Shown: piece after piece, positions 9,813-19,401 of the stretch | Layout of the letters: each line of letters opens with the position of its first letter | Position numbering within the stretch: the first letter of the stretch is position 1 | Source of the DNA: Cycloclasticus sp. | GTDB lineage: Bacteria > Pseudomonadota > Gammaproteobacteria > Methylococcales > Cycloclasticaceae | Direction of reading: 5' to 3' | Length of the DNA: 64,000 nucleotides | Assembly (NCBI GenBank): GCA_036961325.1 | Contig: JBALVF010000002.1 | Location: forward strand, 210,733-274,732 | The notes under the pieces: model-generated | Told to the model about the DNA's origin: nothing | The model's input: only the letters and a program-made list of their open reading frames with translations | Databases searched by the model: none | Position numbers and translations under genes: made by a program

Positions 9813-10532
9813 ATGTCAACGAAGACGGTTAGTGAAGGGGCAGCTCAAACAGTAACCACTCGCCAGTGGATCCGGTTAGTTGTGGTGTATCTCCTTATCC
9901 CGCTGATTTTATTGATATGCGGTGGGGACCTAGGTTGGTGGCAGGCGTGGGTCTATTCCACGCTGATCTTAGCCGCTGGTATAGGGGGGCATATATGGGC
10001 GGAACAACGACACCCCGGATTAACGGCCGAACGACAAAATATTGAAAATATCCAAAACGCAAAAGCCTGGGATAAAGTGCTTGCTCCTCTGATGGCAGTG
10101 AGTATCAGTTTTCCTATGGTTATTGTGGCAGGGCTGGACCATCGCTATAACTGGTCCCCCGAATTTCCGCTATGGTTAAGTGTAATTGGATTCATATTGA
10201 TCGCGTTCGGTTACGTTTTCGCTACATGGGCATTGGCAGACAACCGCTTTTTCTCCAGCGTGGTACGTATTCAGACGGAACGAGGGCATGTGGTGTGTGA
10301 TACCGGCCCGTACCGGTTTGTTAGGCATCCGGGTTATGCCGGAAATATTCTTGCACTGCTCGGTATTGTTCTTGCCCTGGGTTCGGTATGGACACTGATA
10401 CCTGCGGCGGTGGCAACAATCATTACGGTAATTAGAACAGTACTTGAAGACCAGACTTTACAGGAAGAATTACTGGGCTATCGAGACTATGCACAAGGTG
10501 TGCGCTATCGGTTAATTCCTGGAATTTACTGA
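9813..10532 (+). CDS. Isoprenylcysteine carboxyl methyltransferase family membrane protein (cassette)
   Basis: TGPYRFVRHPGYAG and EDQTL motifs with TM helices. ATG at 9813 within ORF 9801..10532. Confidence 0.85.
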   Translation: MSTKTVSEGAAQTVTTRQWIRLVVVYLLIPLILLICGGDLGWWQAWVYSTLILAAGIGGHIWAEQRHPGLTAERQNIENIQNAKAWDKVLAPLMAVSISFPMVIVAGLDHRYNWSPEFPLWLSVIGFILIAFGYVFATWALADNRFFSSVVRIQTERGHVVCDTGPYRFVRHPGYAGNILALLGIVLALGSVWTLIPAAVATIITVIRTVLEDQTLQEELLGYRDYAQGVRYRLIPGIY

Positions 10533-10675
10533 GAGAGTTGATTGCTGGGTATACCAGATCAGTTAAGAACTAGTTATGTGTTTCATATATTTACATCAAG
10601 AGCACATCAATAAAACTTATGAGAATTCACGATTCAAGGCTTGCCCCTTTAACCTTACTTAAAATTTAATTTCAT

Positions 10676-11719
10676 TTAAACTATAGCAGGCTCTTCGACT
10701 AACTCCGGCGGCATTAAGGCCCCATCATCCTGCATCGTACCTAAGTGTTCTTCTAGCAGAGAAGTTTTCTGTGAACGACCGATATGGAATAATGCTTCAC
10801 CTTCATACACCAATGGTATGTTACTTCTACCAATAATGATGCCTTCTGAGGTTGCTTCAATGACGGCTTCAGCTTTTCCGGCAGGATCTGAAATAATACC
10901 CAATACATCGCCCTTAACAACCAAGTCACCTAATGCCGCCTGAGCTCTTAAAATGCCACTTTTAGATGCGCGGATCCAATTGCTTGACTTCAATACAACC
11001 GGGGGCTTTATCTTTTTAGCTCTGGATTTAGCTAACATACCAAGTTCACGCATTACATTGAGGATGCCTTGGACACCAATTCGAATTGATACCTCATCAA
11101 ACCGAAGTGCTTCTCCCGCTTCATAAACCATGACAGGAACTCCTGCTTTCTCTGCGGCATAACGTAGGGAATTTTCGGGTGGTGCTGAATGTAATAAAAC
11201 AGGAGATGCAAATGCGCGAGATACAACATCCATCCTATCAGCCTTCAAATCAGCTCTTATCTGAGGAAAATTATCGCGATGTATTGCAGCAGTATGTAAA
11301 TCAATACCGAAATCTGAACGACAGACAACCTCAGACATAAAAATATTAGCAAGTCTTCCTGCTAGAGAACCTAATCCTCCCCCAGGAAAGCAACGATTTA
11401 AATCACGACGATCTGGTAAATAGCGTGAATGATTATCGAAGCCAAAAACATTGACAACTGGAACAGCAAGCAGTGTTCCTTTAAGGTGCTTTATGCTATT
11501 AAGCGACAATATCCTGCGGATAATTTCAACCCCGTTAATCTCATCTCCATGTACTGCCGCACTCAAAAAAAGGACAGGACCATTTTTTTTCCCGTGAACA
11601 ACATGCACCGGCATGGACACTTCTGTTTCAGAGTGAAGGCCAGGTAAAGTTAGGTGAACAACTTTTGATTCGCCAGGCTGTACGGTCTCACTGTTTATCT
11701 CAAAATACGCTCTCATCAA
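10676..11719 (-). CDS. Succinylglutamate desuccinylase/aspartoacylase family (M14-like) protein
   Basis: AAVHGDEING, DLNRCFPG, DLHT, YEAG motifs; usual neighbour of rimK. Confidence 0.88.
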   Translation of the reverse strand: MMRAYFEINSETVQPGESKVVHLTLPGLHSETEVSMPVHVVHGKKNGPVLFLSAAVHGDEINGVEIIRRILSLNSIKHLKGTLLAVPVVNVFGFDNHSRYLPDRRDLNRCFPGGGLGSLAGRLANIFMSEVVCRSDFGIDLHTAAIHRDNFPQIRADLKADRMDVVSRAFASPVLLHSAPPENSLRYAAEKAGVPVMVYEAGEALRFDEVSIRIGVQGILNVMRELGMLAKSRAKKIKPPVVLKSSNWIRASKSGILRAQAALGDLVVKGDVLGIISDPAGKAEAVIEATSEGIIIGRSNIPLVYEGEALFHIGRSQKTSLLEEHLGTMQDDGALMPPELVEEPAIV

Positions 11720-11742
11720 TCTAGGCTGTTTTTTTGGTTATT

Positions 11743-12204
11743 TTATTTGACATGCGTTCTACATGAATGCGGTCGTTTTTTACGCTTGCCAACGAGGTAC
11801 GACTTACCAGAGTCCACTAAGTAAAGCCCTTTCATGGCAGTTCGTCCAATAAGCATTCGAAAACCCATACTGTCTCGGTTCGTCAGCGTCATTTCAATAG
11901 TATGCAGATTAGGCCCAATTGCAATCTGGGTTCCTATGACATACCGTTTTTCACTGTGTCCACCTGAGTCTCGTACTTCACGTTCATCTAGTAGTACGGC
12001 CTGACATTCGATAACAGTATCCAAATCTTTCTGCTTTGGATGAATATTGAACTTCACAAGCTTTACACCATTATTTTCTACTAGCTGCACATTGAATGCG
12101 TGTAATGCAGACGTTCTTGCGCCGGTATCGACTTTAGCCTTAATTTGATCAATGCCCAGGTCAGGAAGTGATACCCATTCTCTCCATCCCAATATATCGG
12201 CCAT
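11743..12204 (-). CDS. RimK-associated putative protease (RimB-like, aspartyl-protease fold)
   Basis: GWREWV...KAKVDTGARTSALHA...RDSMGFRMLIGR. Confidence 0.88.
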   Translation of the reverse strand: MADILGWREWVSLPDLGIDQIKAKVDTGARTSALHAFNVQLVENNGVKLVKFNIHPKQKDLDTVIECQAVLLDEREVRDSGGHSEKRYVIGTQIAIGPNLHTIEMTLTNRDSMGFRMLIGRTAMKGLYLVDSGKSYLVGKRKKRPHSCRTHVK

Positions 12205-12208
12205 CTTC

Positions 12209-13411
12209 TCAGGTCTCGTTATGAGTAATAGGTGTATCAGGTAAATCCTGAACCTTAGGTCGACGTCGACGCCTTGTTTTAGCGGGGATCATACCTTTCA
12301 TAGATTCGAGTTTTCCAAAGCATAATAACCTGTCATTTGGTTCTAAAACTCGGCTCATCTTAGGGTTCGGTATGACTTTATTACCACGGTATAATGTGAG
12401 CACATTGAGGTCTTTTTCCGATAAATCAGTTTCTGACAGTTGTTTGCCAACGTATTCAGAGCCTTCAGGAACGTATATTTCACTGACGTCATAACCCTTA
12501 CTAACGGTGAGCCTTTGTCGAATATCTATCTCAGGAAATTCGACCTGTGCGGCAATATAGTCGATGATAGCTCCAGCAACATCTAGCTGTGTACATGTTT
12601 CAATTCCTTCCAAGCCTGGTGAAGAATTGACCTCCATTATTTGAGGTCCAGTTGAACTTTCAAGCATATCAACACCAGCCACTCGTAAACCCAAGATTTG
12701 GGTTGCACGGATAGCGGCTTCTACGTATTCATCAGAGAGTTCAACCGGCTCAGCTTTACCACCTCGATGAACATTGCTGCGGAATTCCTGACCTTGCGCA
12801 ACCCGCCTCATAGAAGCAACCACTCTGTCTCCAACGACAAATGCACGAATATCTTTACCACGGCTTTCTGCAACGAATTTCTGAATAAGAATGTTCTGCT
12901 TTTGACTTTGCAGCAACTCAATAATGGACTCAGCCGTTTTTACTGTTTCAGCAAGAAGCACACCGATACCCTGGGTTCCCTCAATCAATTTGATAATTAC
13001 TGGTGCACCACCAACTCTTTCAATCGCAGGTAATACATCCTTCTTATCACGAACAAACGTGGTTTCTGGTATGCCAATATGGTGCTTTGCAAGTATTTGT
13101 AAACTACGTAATTTATCACGCGAATTTGTTATTCCATTAGCGGTATTAGCACAAAAAACATCCATCTCCTGAAACTGCCTAACAACTGCAGTACCATAAT
13201 AGGTAATAGAGGCACCAATCCTCGGCAAAACAGCGTCATAAGACCGAAGTTGTTTTTGCCGAAAATACAGGTCTGGTGTTCCGCGTTTTAGGTCAATAGC
13301 AAATTTCAGTGTGTCCAATACCTTAACATCCATACCTCTGTCTAGAGCAGCTTCTTTAAGCCTGCGCGTGCTGTATGCCTTGAGTGATCTAGATAATATT
13401 GCTAATCTCAT
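12209..13411 (-). CDS. rimK: RimK-family alpha-L-glutamate ligase with C-terminal TrkA-C (RCK_C) domain
   Basis: ATP-grasp motifs IKLIEGTQGIGV, FRSNVHRGG, GVDML, EVNSSPG; extra ~100 aa resembling TrkA-C (EIYVPEGSEYVGKQL...LEPNDRLLCFG). Confidence 0.9.
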   Translation of the reverse strand: MRLAILSRSLKAYSTRRLKEAALDRGMDVKVLDTLKFAIDLKRGTPDLYFRQKQLRSYDAVLPRIGASITYYGTAVVRQFQEMDVFCANTANGITNSRDKLRSLQILAKHHIGIPETTFVRDKKDVLPAIERVGGAPVIIKLIEGTQGIGVLLAETVKTAESIIELLQSQKQNILIQKFVAESRGKDIRAFVVGDRVVASMRRVAQGQEFRSNVHRGGKAEPVELSDEYVEAAIRATQILGLRVAGVDMLESSTGPQIMEVNSSPGLEGIETCTQLDVAGAIIDYIAAQVEFPEIDIRQRLTVSKGYDVSEIYVPEGSEYVGKQLSETDLSEKDLNVLTLYRGNKVIPNPKMSRVLEPNDRLLCFGKLESMKGMIPAKTRRRRRPKVQDLPDTPITHNET

Positions 13412-13666
13412 ACTTGAACTCCCAAACCTTCAACCTGACTACTAATAACGATGTTGTTTTCTAAATCGGTCATTACATATCCTCACAATTGTTAGCCATA
13501 CATTTACTCATACCGGATCGCATATAATACCAACCCATTGAAAAAGACAAGGTTTATTATTCTGGATATGCAAGAATATCCAAGCCTTACATTTCTAATG
13601 TAACCGTTTGCACTAGCAAAATACCTCAGCCTGGTAGAAAATCTGTTTATAAATTAACTAGAATAG

Positions 13667-13703
13667 ACAACACAACACAACACAACACAACACAACACAA
13701 CAC
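13667..13703. repeat. Pentanucleotide simple sequence repeat (ACAAC)7 + AC
   Basis: Read directly; intergenic, about 256 bp upstream of the rimK start. Confidence 0.97.
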
Positions 13704-13924
13704 TAGGCCCCATAAGTGAATCTAAACAGGCGGTTTTCATGGATTGCTATCTGATAGTAACAACAGACACATAATAGCCTTATCGTTAGTTATTTCATTT
13801 CAAGCTGGGAAAGGCCGCTGGCTCAAAGGCGCGGGAAACTCTTTAAGTATGATTAATTATTATTCGAAATAATTACGATTATTTGGCGCTAAAAAACGAT
13901 ACACTTACGGTGCTAAAAAATCAC

Positions 13925-14899
13925 CTAAAACCATTTTAGTTTTTTGAAGAGCCACACTTGAAACACGATAATAAGGGCTAATATCGCCATAAATATCCAA
14001 AAAGCAGAATCATTTTCTGCACCAGGTATGCCGCCTACATTGATGCCGAGTAAACCCGTTAGAAACCCTAAAGGCAAAAATATAGCGGCAACGACTGAAA
14101 GCATATACATGTTTTTATTCAATCGATCAGACAGGCCTGTCACTAGTTCATCTTTAACAACTTGGGCTCTTTCACGTATCATGTCTAAATCTTCAACATA
14201 GCGAATAACATGATCTAATGCTTCCTGTATGCGACGCTTATGCATTTGGTCTAACCAAGGCTGATCAGAAACGCGCAGCCTTGCAATAACATCTCTTTGG
14301 GGGGCAATATATCGCTTAAACATAATAGCGTCTTTACGAATAGATGTGACAGCTTGTCGTTCGTTTGTATCTGGGTTTTCCATAACACTTTCTTCAACGC
14401 TATCCAATTTCTCATCAATTTCAGAAAAAATGGATTCCATACGCTCAAACAGATTAGCAATCAACATGGTAACAAAGTCACCACTATTTTTAGGACCTTT
14501 ACCAACTTTTAGCCTCCCTTGAATATCAAGGACGGCCTTTAATTTGCGGCGTCGTAAACTAATAATATTGTCTTTATCAACCCATAAGCGCATCGATACC
14601 ATGTCATTAGGTTCTGCGCCTTCATTTAAATTAACACCGCGTAAAATCAGTAGAGCGCCATAATCAAATTCAAGGATACGGGGTCTTGTTTCATCGGCAC
14701 ATAAGGCGTCTATAACCAGGCTATCTAAATGTGGGAAATGTTTTTCAAGCAAATGTCGACTTTGCGGGTGTTCAGCATCAAGGTGCACCCAAACTTGTCC
14801 CTCATCACTAATGGCATTAGAAATCTGCGCATCTTCCAGCAATGTACTCGAACCGTCACCATTCAGCCTACAGGCGTAAAGAATATGATTATTTTCCAT
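13925..14899 (-). CDS. zntB: CorA-family divalent cation transporter, ZntB subfamily
   Basis: FLPLGFLTGLLGINVGGIPG (GIN signature), two C-terminal TMs; start overlaps the upstream gene's stop by 11 nt. Confidence 0.88.
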   Translation of the reverse strand: MENNHILYACRLNGDGSSTLLEDAQISNAISDEGQVWVHLDAEHPQSRHLLEKHFPHLDSLVIDALCADETRPRILEFDYGALLILRGVNLNEGAEPNDMVSMRLWVDKDNIISLRRRKLKAVLDIQGRLKVGKGPKNSGDFVTMLIANLFERMESIFSEIDEKLDSVEESVMENPDTNERQAVTSIRKDAIMFKRYIAPQRDVIARLRVSDQPWLDQMHKRRIQEALDHVIRYVEDLDMIRERAQVVKDELVTGLSDRLNKNMYMLSVVAAIFLPLGFLTGLLGINVGGIPGAENDSAFWIFMAILALIIVFQVWLFKKLKWF

Positions 14900-17174
14900 T
14901 TAATATCCCCTCTAGTCCAGGTGCAGTGCGAATATGTAAATCCCTTTGTGGGAAAGAAATCTCTATTCCAGCTTCTTTAAAGGCGTCCCAAATTTGAAAG
15001 CGAACCTTGCTTGATATATCAAATACTTCACGAATATTACGAATAAAAAAACGTATCTCAAATATCAACGCACTGTCTGCAAAATCTTTAAAATAAATCG
15101 TCGGTTTAGGGTTATTCAGTATCTCATTATTACTGCTAATCAATTCTAAAAGAATATCTTGCACTTGCTGTGGGTTAGAAGAGTAGGAGACACCTACATT
15201 GATAATCACACGTCCAATTTTATCAGCATGTGTCCAGTTTTTTACCGATGATGAAATGAATTCAGAATTTGGCACAATAATCGATGTGCGATCAAATGTT
15301 TCAACGACCGTAGCGCGTACGCTAATTTTCTTTACAATTCCCTCACCGGAATTTGTAATAACCCAGTCTCCAACTTTAATGGGTCGTTCAAACAATAGAA
15401 TAAGGCCAGAAACAAAATTACTCACAATGCTTTGTAAGCCAAAGCCGATACCAACAGATAATGCACCTGCAATCAATGCCAAGTTTGTTAAATCAAACCC
15501 CATCGTCGATATGCCGGCCATTAGCGCAATAATTAGCCCAACATAACCCAAAACTTGCGTTATCGACTGGCGAATACTGGCATCCATTTTAGTTTTAGGG
15601 AGAATTTTTTTCTCCAACAGACGTTGAATAAGGCGGGTTACAAACAACAAGATTAAAAAGACAATAAAAGCAATCCCAATGTTTGCGATCGAAACCGTCA
15701 TCGTTCCAATTTTAAAACCAAAGAATGCTTGTTTTAACGTATCTTGGATGTAGAGCCATTCTGTGCCAAGAATACGGGCAATAAGAGGAAGGGATATAAA
15801 TAATAAAATTAGATCCACTGATAACGAAAACCAGAAATAAATAAAGTGTTCTGAATCTTGATCAGTTTTTTCACGGACAAAATGTCGGTCTAACTTATAG
15901 AGATAAGGGCGGATAATTGCTCTTATCACCAGAAACGCTGCAAATAAAGAAAAGACTAGAACAAAACCTTCAAATATGTAGCGGCTTAGTGCAGCATAAC
16001 CAAATGTATTGGCAACAATAATGCACAAGCTAATGGCTATAAAAACAATAAATGCCTGTCTTGGAAAGAAATAGTGCCTAGCGTCCTGTGGGGCTAACAA
16101 AATAAAGAAAGAGCACAGCCCTAATATGCATGCAAAGGTAGTTGTTACGATATAGCTTTGAACTACAGCAAACTCTAAAGGCATCCCCGTGATTTTGCCG
16201 CTAGCAAGCAACAGGGCATCTGCCGAATATATGAGTGCAACCATAAAAATGAGTAAGTGTGAATTTGCACGAATTATTTTCGCTTTTGAAAAGCGTTTCG
16301 TCATCAAATAGACAACAATCAAAAACCCTATAAGCAACAGGCTCTTATCAATAAAAAAACCATTAGACTCATTGATAACCTGCTGCGTAACCAATGTTTG
16401 ATAAATGATAAACAACCCTAAGCCTAATGCCACCAGTGGCAACAGCAAAGACTGTGAAACCGTTGAAAAAATATCTGGCCTTTCTTCAACAGCTTGTAAC
16501 TTTTTATGTAATCTTTTTCTGGATAATAGTGTTGCGACAAAAAACACTATAAAAAAGAGAAGACTAGCCGTGATTAAAGGAAACAGAACGCCTTTATCTA
16601 TGTGTTTGAATGTGCGTTTATAGCCAGATAGTTGAGGAATATAGGTGTCTACTGCTCCCTTCAATAAAGCTATATTAAACGGCGATATTTGTCGTTCAAA
16701 GAGGCCATTTAAAAATAGGCTTCTTCTTAAAGAGGAGGCTTTTTCTAAAAGACGTGATGTTTTAGAGCTTAGAGCTTCAGCCTGTTTCAACACGCCTTCT
16801 GTTAAAAGAGCGTCCGTAGTTAACTCTGCGCGTAACCTCTGAATATTTTCAGGCTCACTTGATGGTTTTTCACCCTCTGGCACTACGCCAAGATCAGCAA
16901 GGTCAACCTGTGTGCTGTCATTAACTGGTTTAATAATAGCAACAATGTTTTGCAACTCAGAACGAGATAACCTAAGCGTTTGTCGAAATTTTAATAAACG
17001 AGCTTCATCAATAGCGCTTTCAGCAAGCTCTGGGGCAATAAGCTCAATCCTGGTTTGTAATTGCTTAAGTTGTAATTCAATTGCCTTTATATCAATAGCA
17101 TCGTTCGCAACAGCCGAGGTAGACGCACATAAAACAAAGAAACACCAGCAAACAAAAAATCGCACAAAATTCAT
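14889..17174 (-). CDS. Large MscS-family mechanosensitive channel protein
   Basis: Signal peptide, periplasmic coiled coil, multiple TMs, then the MscS core (GIGFGLQSIVSNFVSGLILLFERPIKVGDW; IVPNSEF). Confidence 0.9.
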   Translation of the reverse strand: MNFVRFFVCWCFFVLCASTSAVANDAIDIKAIELQLKQLQTRIELIAPELAESAIDEARLLKFRQTLRLSRSELQNIVAIIKPVNDSTQVDLADLGVVPEGEKPSSEPENIQRLRAELTTDALLTEGVLKQAEALSSKTSRLLEKASSLRRSLFLNGLFERQISPFNIALLKGAVDTYIPQLSGYKRTFKHIDKGVLFPLITASLLFFIVFFVATLLSRKRLHKKLQAVEERPDIFSTVSQSLLLPLVALGLGLFIIYQTLVTQQVINESNGFFIDKSLLLIGFLIVVYLMTKRFSKAKIIRANSHLLIFMVALIYSADALLLASGKITGMPLEFAVVQSYIVTTTFACILGLCSFFILLAPQDARHYFFPRQAFIVFIAISLCIIVANTFGYAALSRYIFEGFVLVFSLFAAFLVIRAIIRPYLYKLDRHFVREKTDQDSEHFIYFWFSLSVDLILLFISLPLIARILGTEWLYIQDTLKQAFFGFKIGTMTVSIANIGIAFIVFLILLFVTRLIQRLLEKKILPKTKMDASIRQSITQVLGYVGLIIALMAGISTMGFDLTNLALIAGALSVGIGFGLQSIVSNFVSGLILLFERPIKVGDWVITNSGEGIVKKISVRATVVETFDRTSIIVPNSEFISSSVKNWTHADKIGRVIINVGVSYSSNPQQVQDILLELISSNNEILNNPKPTIYFKDFADSALIFEIRFFIRNIREVFDISSKVRFQIWDAFKEAGIEISFPQRDLHIRTAPGLEGILNGK

Positions 17175-17649
17175 ATCATATTTTCTCGACTATAAATACG
17201 GGGTAGATAATCGCATACAGCGCACATCCATTTCCATCCATTTGAAAACCAATAATTCAAGTTTAAACCCATCTTAGTATTTTCATAATAGCTGATATAG
17301 CACCTAATGTACTGCTCTAATAGAGCCAGACACATTAATGAGAGACAATAACCGTCAACCATTGAGGTGTTTATCATTGGTGAACCTGAGCCTGCCGTAG
17401 TTTATCGGGTGCATTAAATAAATGATAAATCAAAGGACTCATACTCAATTCATTTTTGGTTTAAACCGAATTACTTACCCAGTTATTGAATTAACATCTG
17501 AGGTTGTGGCGTTAGTTTAAGGCGGCCCGACTTCATACTAATGCAATAAAATCATTCATTTTGAATTAATGTGATTGGCCTATAATGCGCAATTTATTTT
17601 GGTGCTCTACGAGTTGAGTAAAATATATGGTTTATATGGTGGGACTTTA

Positions 17650-19401
17650 ATGGGTGACTTATTGAAGACTAGAATCAATCTTCTAGTGTGTATTGTCTTG
17701 CTATGTGTTGCATTCCAGGCGCAGTCGTCTGGAATGTCTGTTGCGGTTGAGCTGGAGGGTGCTCCGAAGGGTAAAGCCGAAGTTTTACTCAGCGGTCTAA
17801 GTATCTACCGGCTAAAAGACAGCGAACGCTTAACGCAAAGGCAGCTCCAACAACTGCATCAAAAAGCGGTCGATGAATTAAGCGATATGCTGAAGGTTTA
17901 TGGGTTTTATCAAGCTAAAATCAATAGTCAATTAATACAACAAAATGACCAATGGCGGGCGAGCTATCTAATTGACTTAGGTCAGCAGGTTAGTTTATTT
18001 AAAGTGCAGGTAACGGTGCAAGGTGAGGCTGAAACGGATAATAAATTTTCTGCTTTAGTGTCAAATTTTCCGTTAAAAGAAGGTGGTTTGTTTGACCACG
18101 ATAGTTATGAATCCGCGAAAAAAAAGTTATTGCGACTGGGTGTGGAACGCGGCTACTTTGATGCTGAATTAAAGCAGCATAAAGTTGAGATCGACATGCT
18201 CATTAATACGGCAGTGGTTACTTTGTTTTATGACTCTGGGCCACGCTATAAGTTTGCTTCACTAGATGTGCCTGACACCGTTATTAGCCATCAAACCCTA
18301 TCAAAATTAATTCCATTTAAAGCGGGTGATCCTTATTTCGCTGGAAAAGTACTGACGTTAAAAAAAAATCTAAAGAATGCTGCTTATTTTCGTGACGTTG
18401 AGGTCGATGTGCTGACTGACCAGCGACAAAATAATGAAGTAAAGCTTCGCGTTAGCCTTAGCGAAGAACTTCAGTATAAATATAATGCAGGTCTGGGGTT
18501 TGGCACCGATACTGGAGCCAGGATCAGTTTGGGTTGGGAAAATAAATACTTTAACTCCAGTGGGCACCGATTAAGTGCGGCAGCAAGGCTTTCTCAAACG
18601 GGTAACACCGTGACTGCGGATTATCAGATACCGCTATTGAGTGGGCTGGTCTCGGATATTGGATTCAGCAGTGAGTTTAAAACCGAAGACACCGATAGCA
18701 CACAAAGCAGTTCCTTTGCTATTGGCAGTTACTATAAGGCTAAACGTTGGGGCTGGGGTGAAACTGGAAGCATTAAACTGTTGAGTGAAAGCTTTGATGT
18801 GTCAGACGATAGTAATACCTCAGTTATACTAATACCTAGTATTGGTTGGACTAAAACCTGGGCTGATGACAGCATTTATACAAAACAGGGTGGCAAACTA
18901 TCTTTATCTTTATCAGGCGCCAGCGAGGCATTGTTATCAGATGTGAGTTTTGCACAAGTCGTGTTACGGGGTAAATATATCTACTCGTTCAACCACAGCG
19001 GACGATTGATAACCCGCGCAAATCTTGGTGCTACAGAGGTGAGTGATTTTGAAAAACTACCCAGCTCATTACGTTTTTTCGCCGGTGGCGATAACAGTAT
19101 TCGTGGCTTTGATTTTCAATCATTGGGCCCACTCGGTGACGATGGAAATGTTGAAGGGGGGCGTTACTTAGCCACCGTTAGCGTGGAATATGAACACATG
19201 TTTACAGACAAATGGGGCGCTGCGGTCTTTACTGATGCTGGTAACGCTTATAACGGCGTCAACGACCCATTCGAGCATAGCGTAGGGCTTGGCTTGCGTT
19301 GGCGTTCACCGATTGGACTGATTCGGTTTGATGTAGCAAAAGCGCTGTCTGATAGCGATAATGGACTCGGCTTCCATTTGGTGATTGGGCCAGATTTATG
19401 A
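17650..19401 (+). CDS. tamA: Autotransporter assembly outer-membrane protein TamA (Omp85 family)
   Basis: POTRA-like N-terminus and RFFAGGDNSIRGF barrel motif; ends IGPDL; directly upstream of tamB. ATG at 17650 preferred over TTG at 17575. Confidence 0.9.
   Translation: MGDLLKTRINLLVCIVLLCVAFQAQSSGMSVAVELEGAPKGKAEVLLSGLSIYRLKDSERLTQRQLQQLHQKAVDELSDMLKVYGFYQAKINSQLIQQNDQWRASYLIDLGQQVSLFKVQVTVQGEAETDNKFSALVSNFPLKEGGLFDHDSYESAKKKLLRLGVERGYFDAELKQHKVEIDMLINTAVVTLFYDSGPRYKFASLDVPDTVISHQTLSKLIPFKAGDPYFAGKVLTLKKNLKNAAYFRDVEVDVLTDQRQNNEVKLRVSLSEELQYKYNAGLGFGTDTGARISLGWENKYFNSSGHRLSAAARLSQTGNTVTADYQIPLLSGLVSDIGFSSEFKTEDTDSTQSSSFAIGSYYKAKRWGWGETGSIKLLSESFDVSDDSNTSVILIPSIGWTKTWADDSIYTKQGGKLSLSLSGASEALLSDVSFAQVVLRGKYIYSFNHSGRLITRANLGATEVSDFEKLPSSLRFFAGGDNSIRGFDFQSLGPLGDDGNVEGGRYLATVSVEYEHMFTDKWGAAVFTDAGNAYNGVNDPFEHSVGLGLRWRSPIGLIRFDVAKALSDSDNGLGFHLVIGPDL

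Larger units (their letters stand above)
7477..10532 (+). mobile_element. Integron gene-cassette cluster 1 (3 genes, 2 attC sites, no intI)
   Basis: Co-oriented single genes separated by attC sites at 8436 and 9722; the last gene has no recognisable attC. Confidence 0.75.

Noticed and set aside
10533-10620. attC after the ICMT-like gene
   Set aside because: GTTAAGA and GTTATGT are present, but there is no R'' box or pairing arms.
13667-13703. ACAAC tract or attC series as a CRISPR array
   Set aside because: No constant-length repeats with unique spacers and no cas genes; the attC sites differ in sequence and are separated by whole genes.
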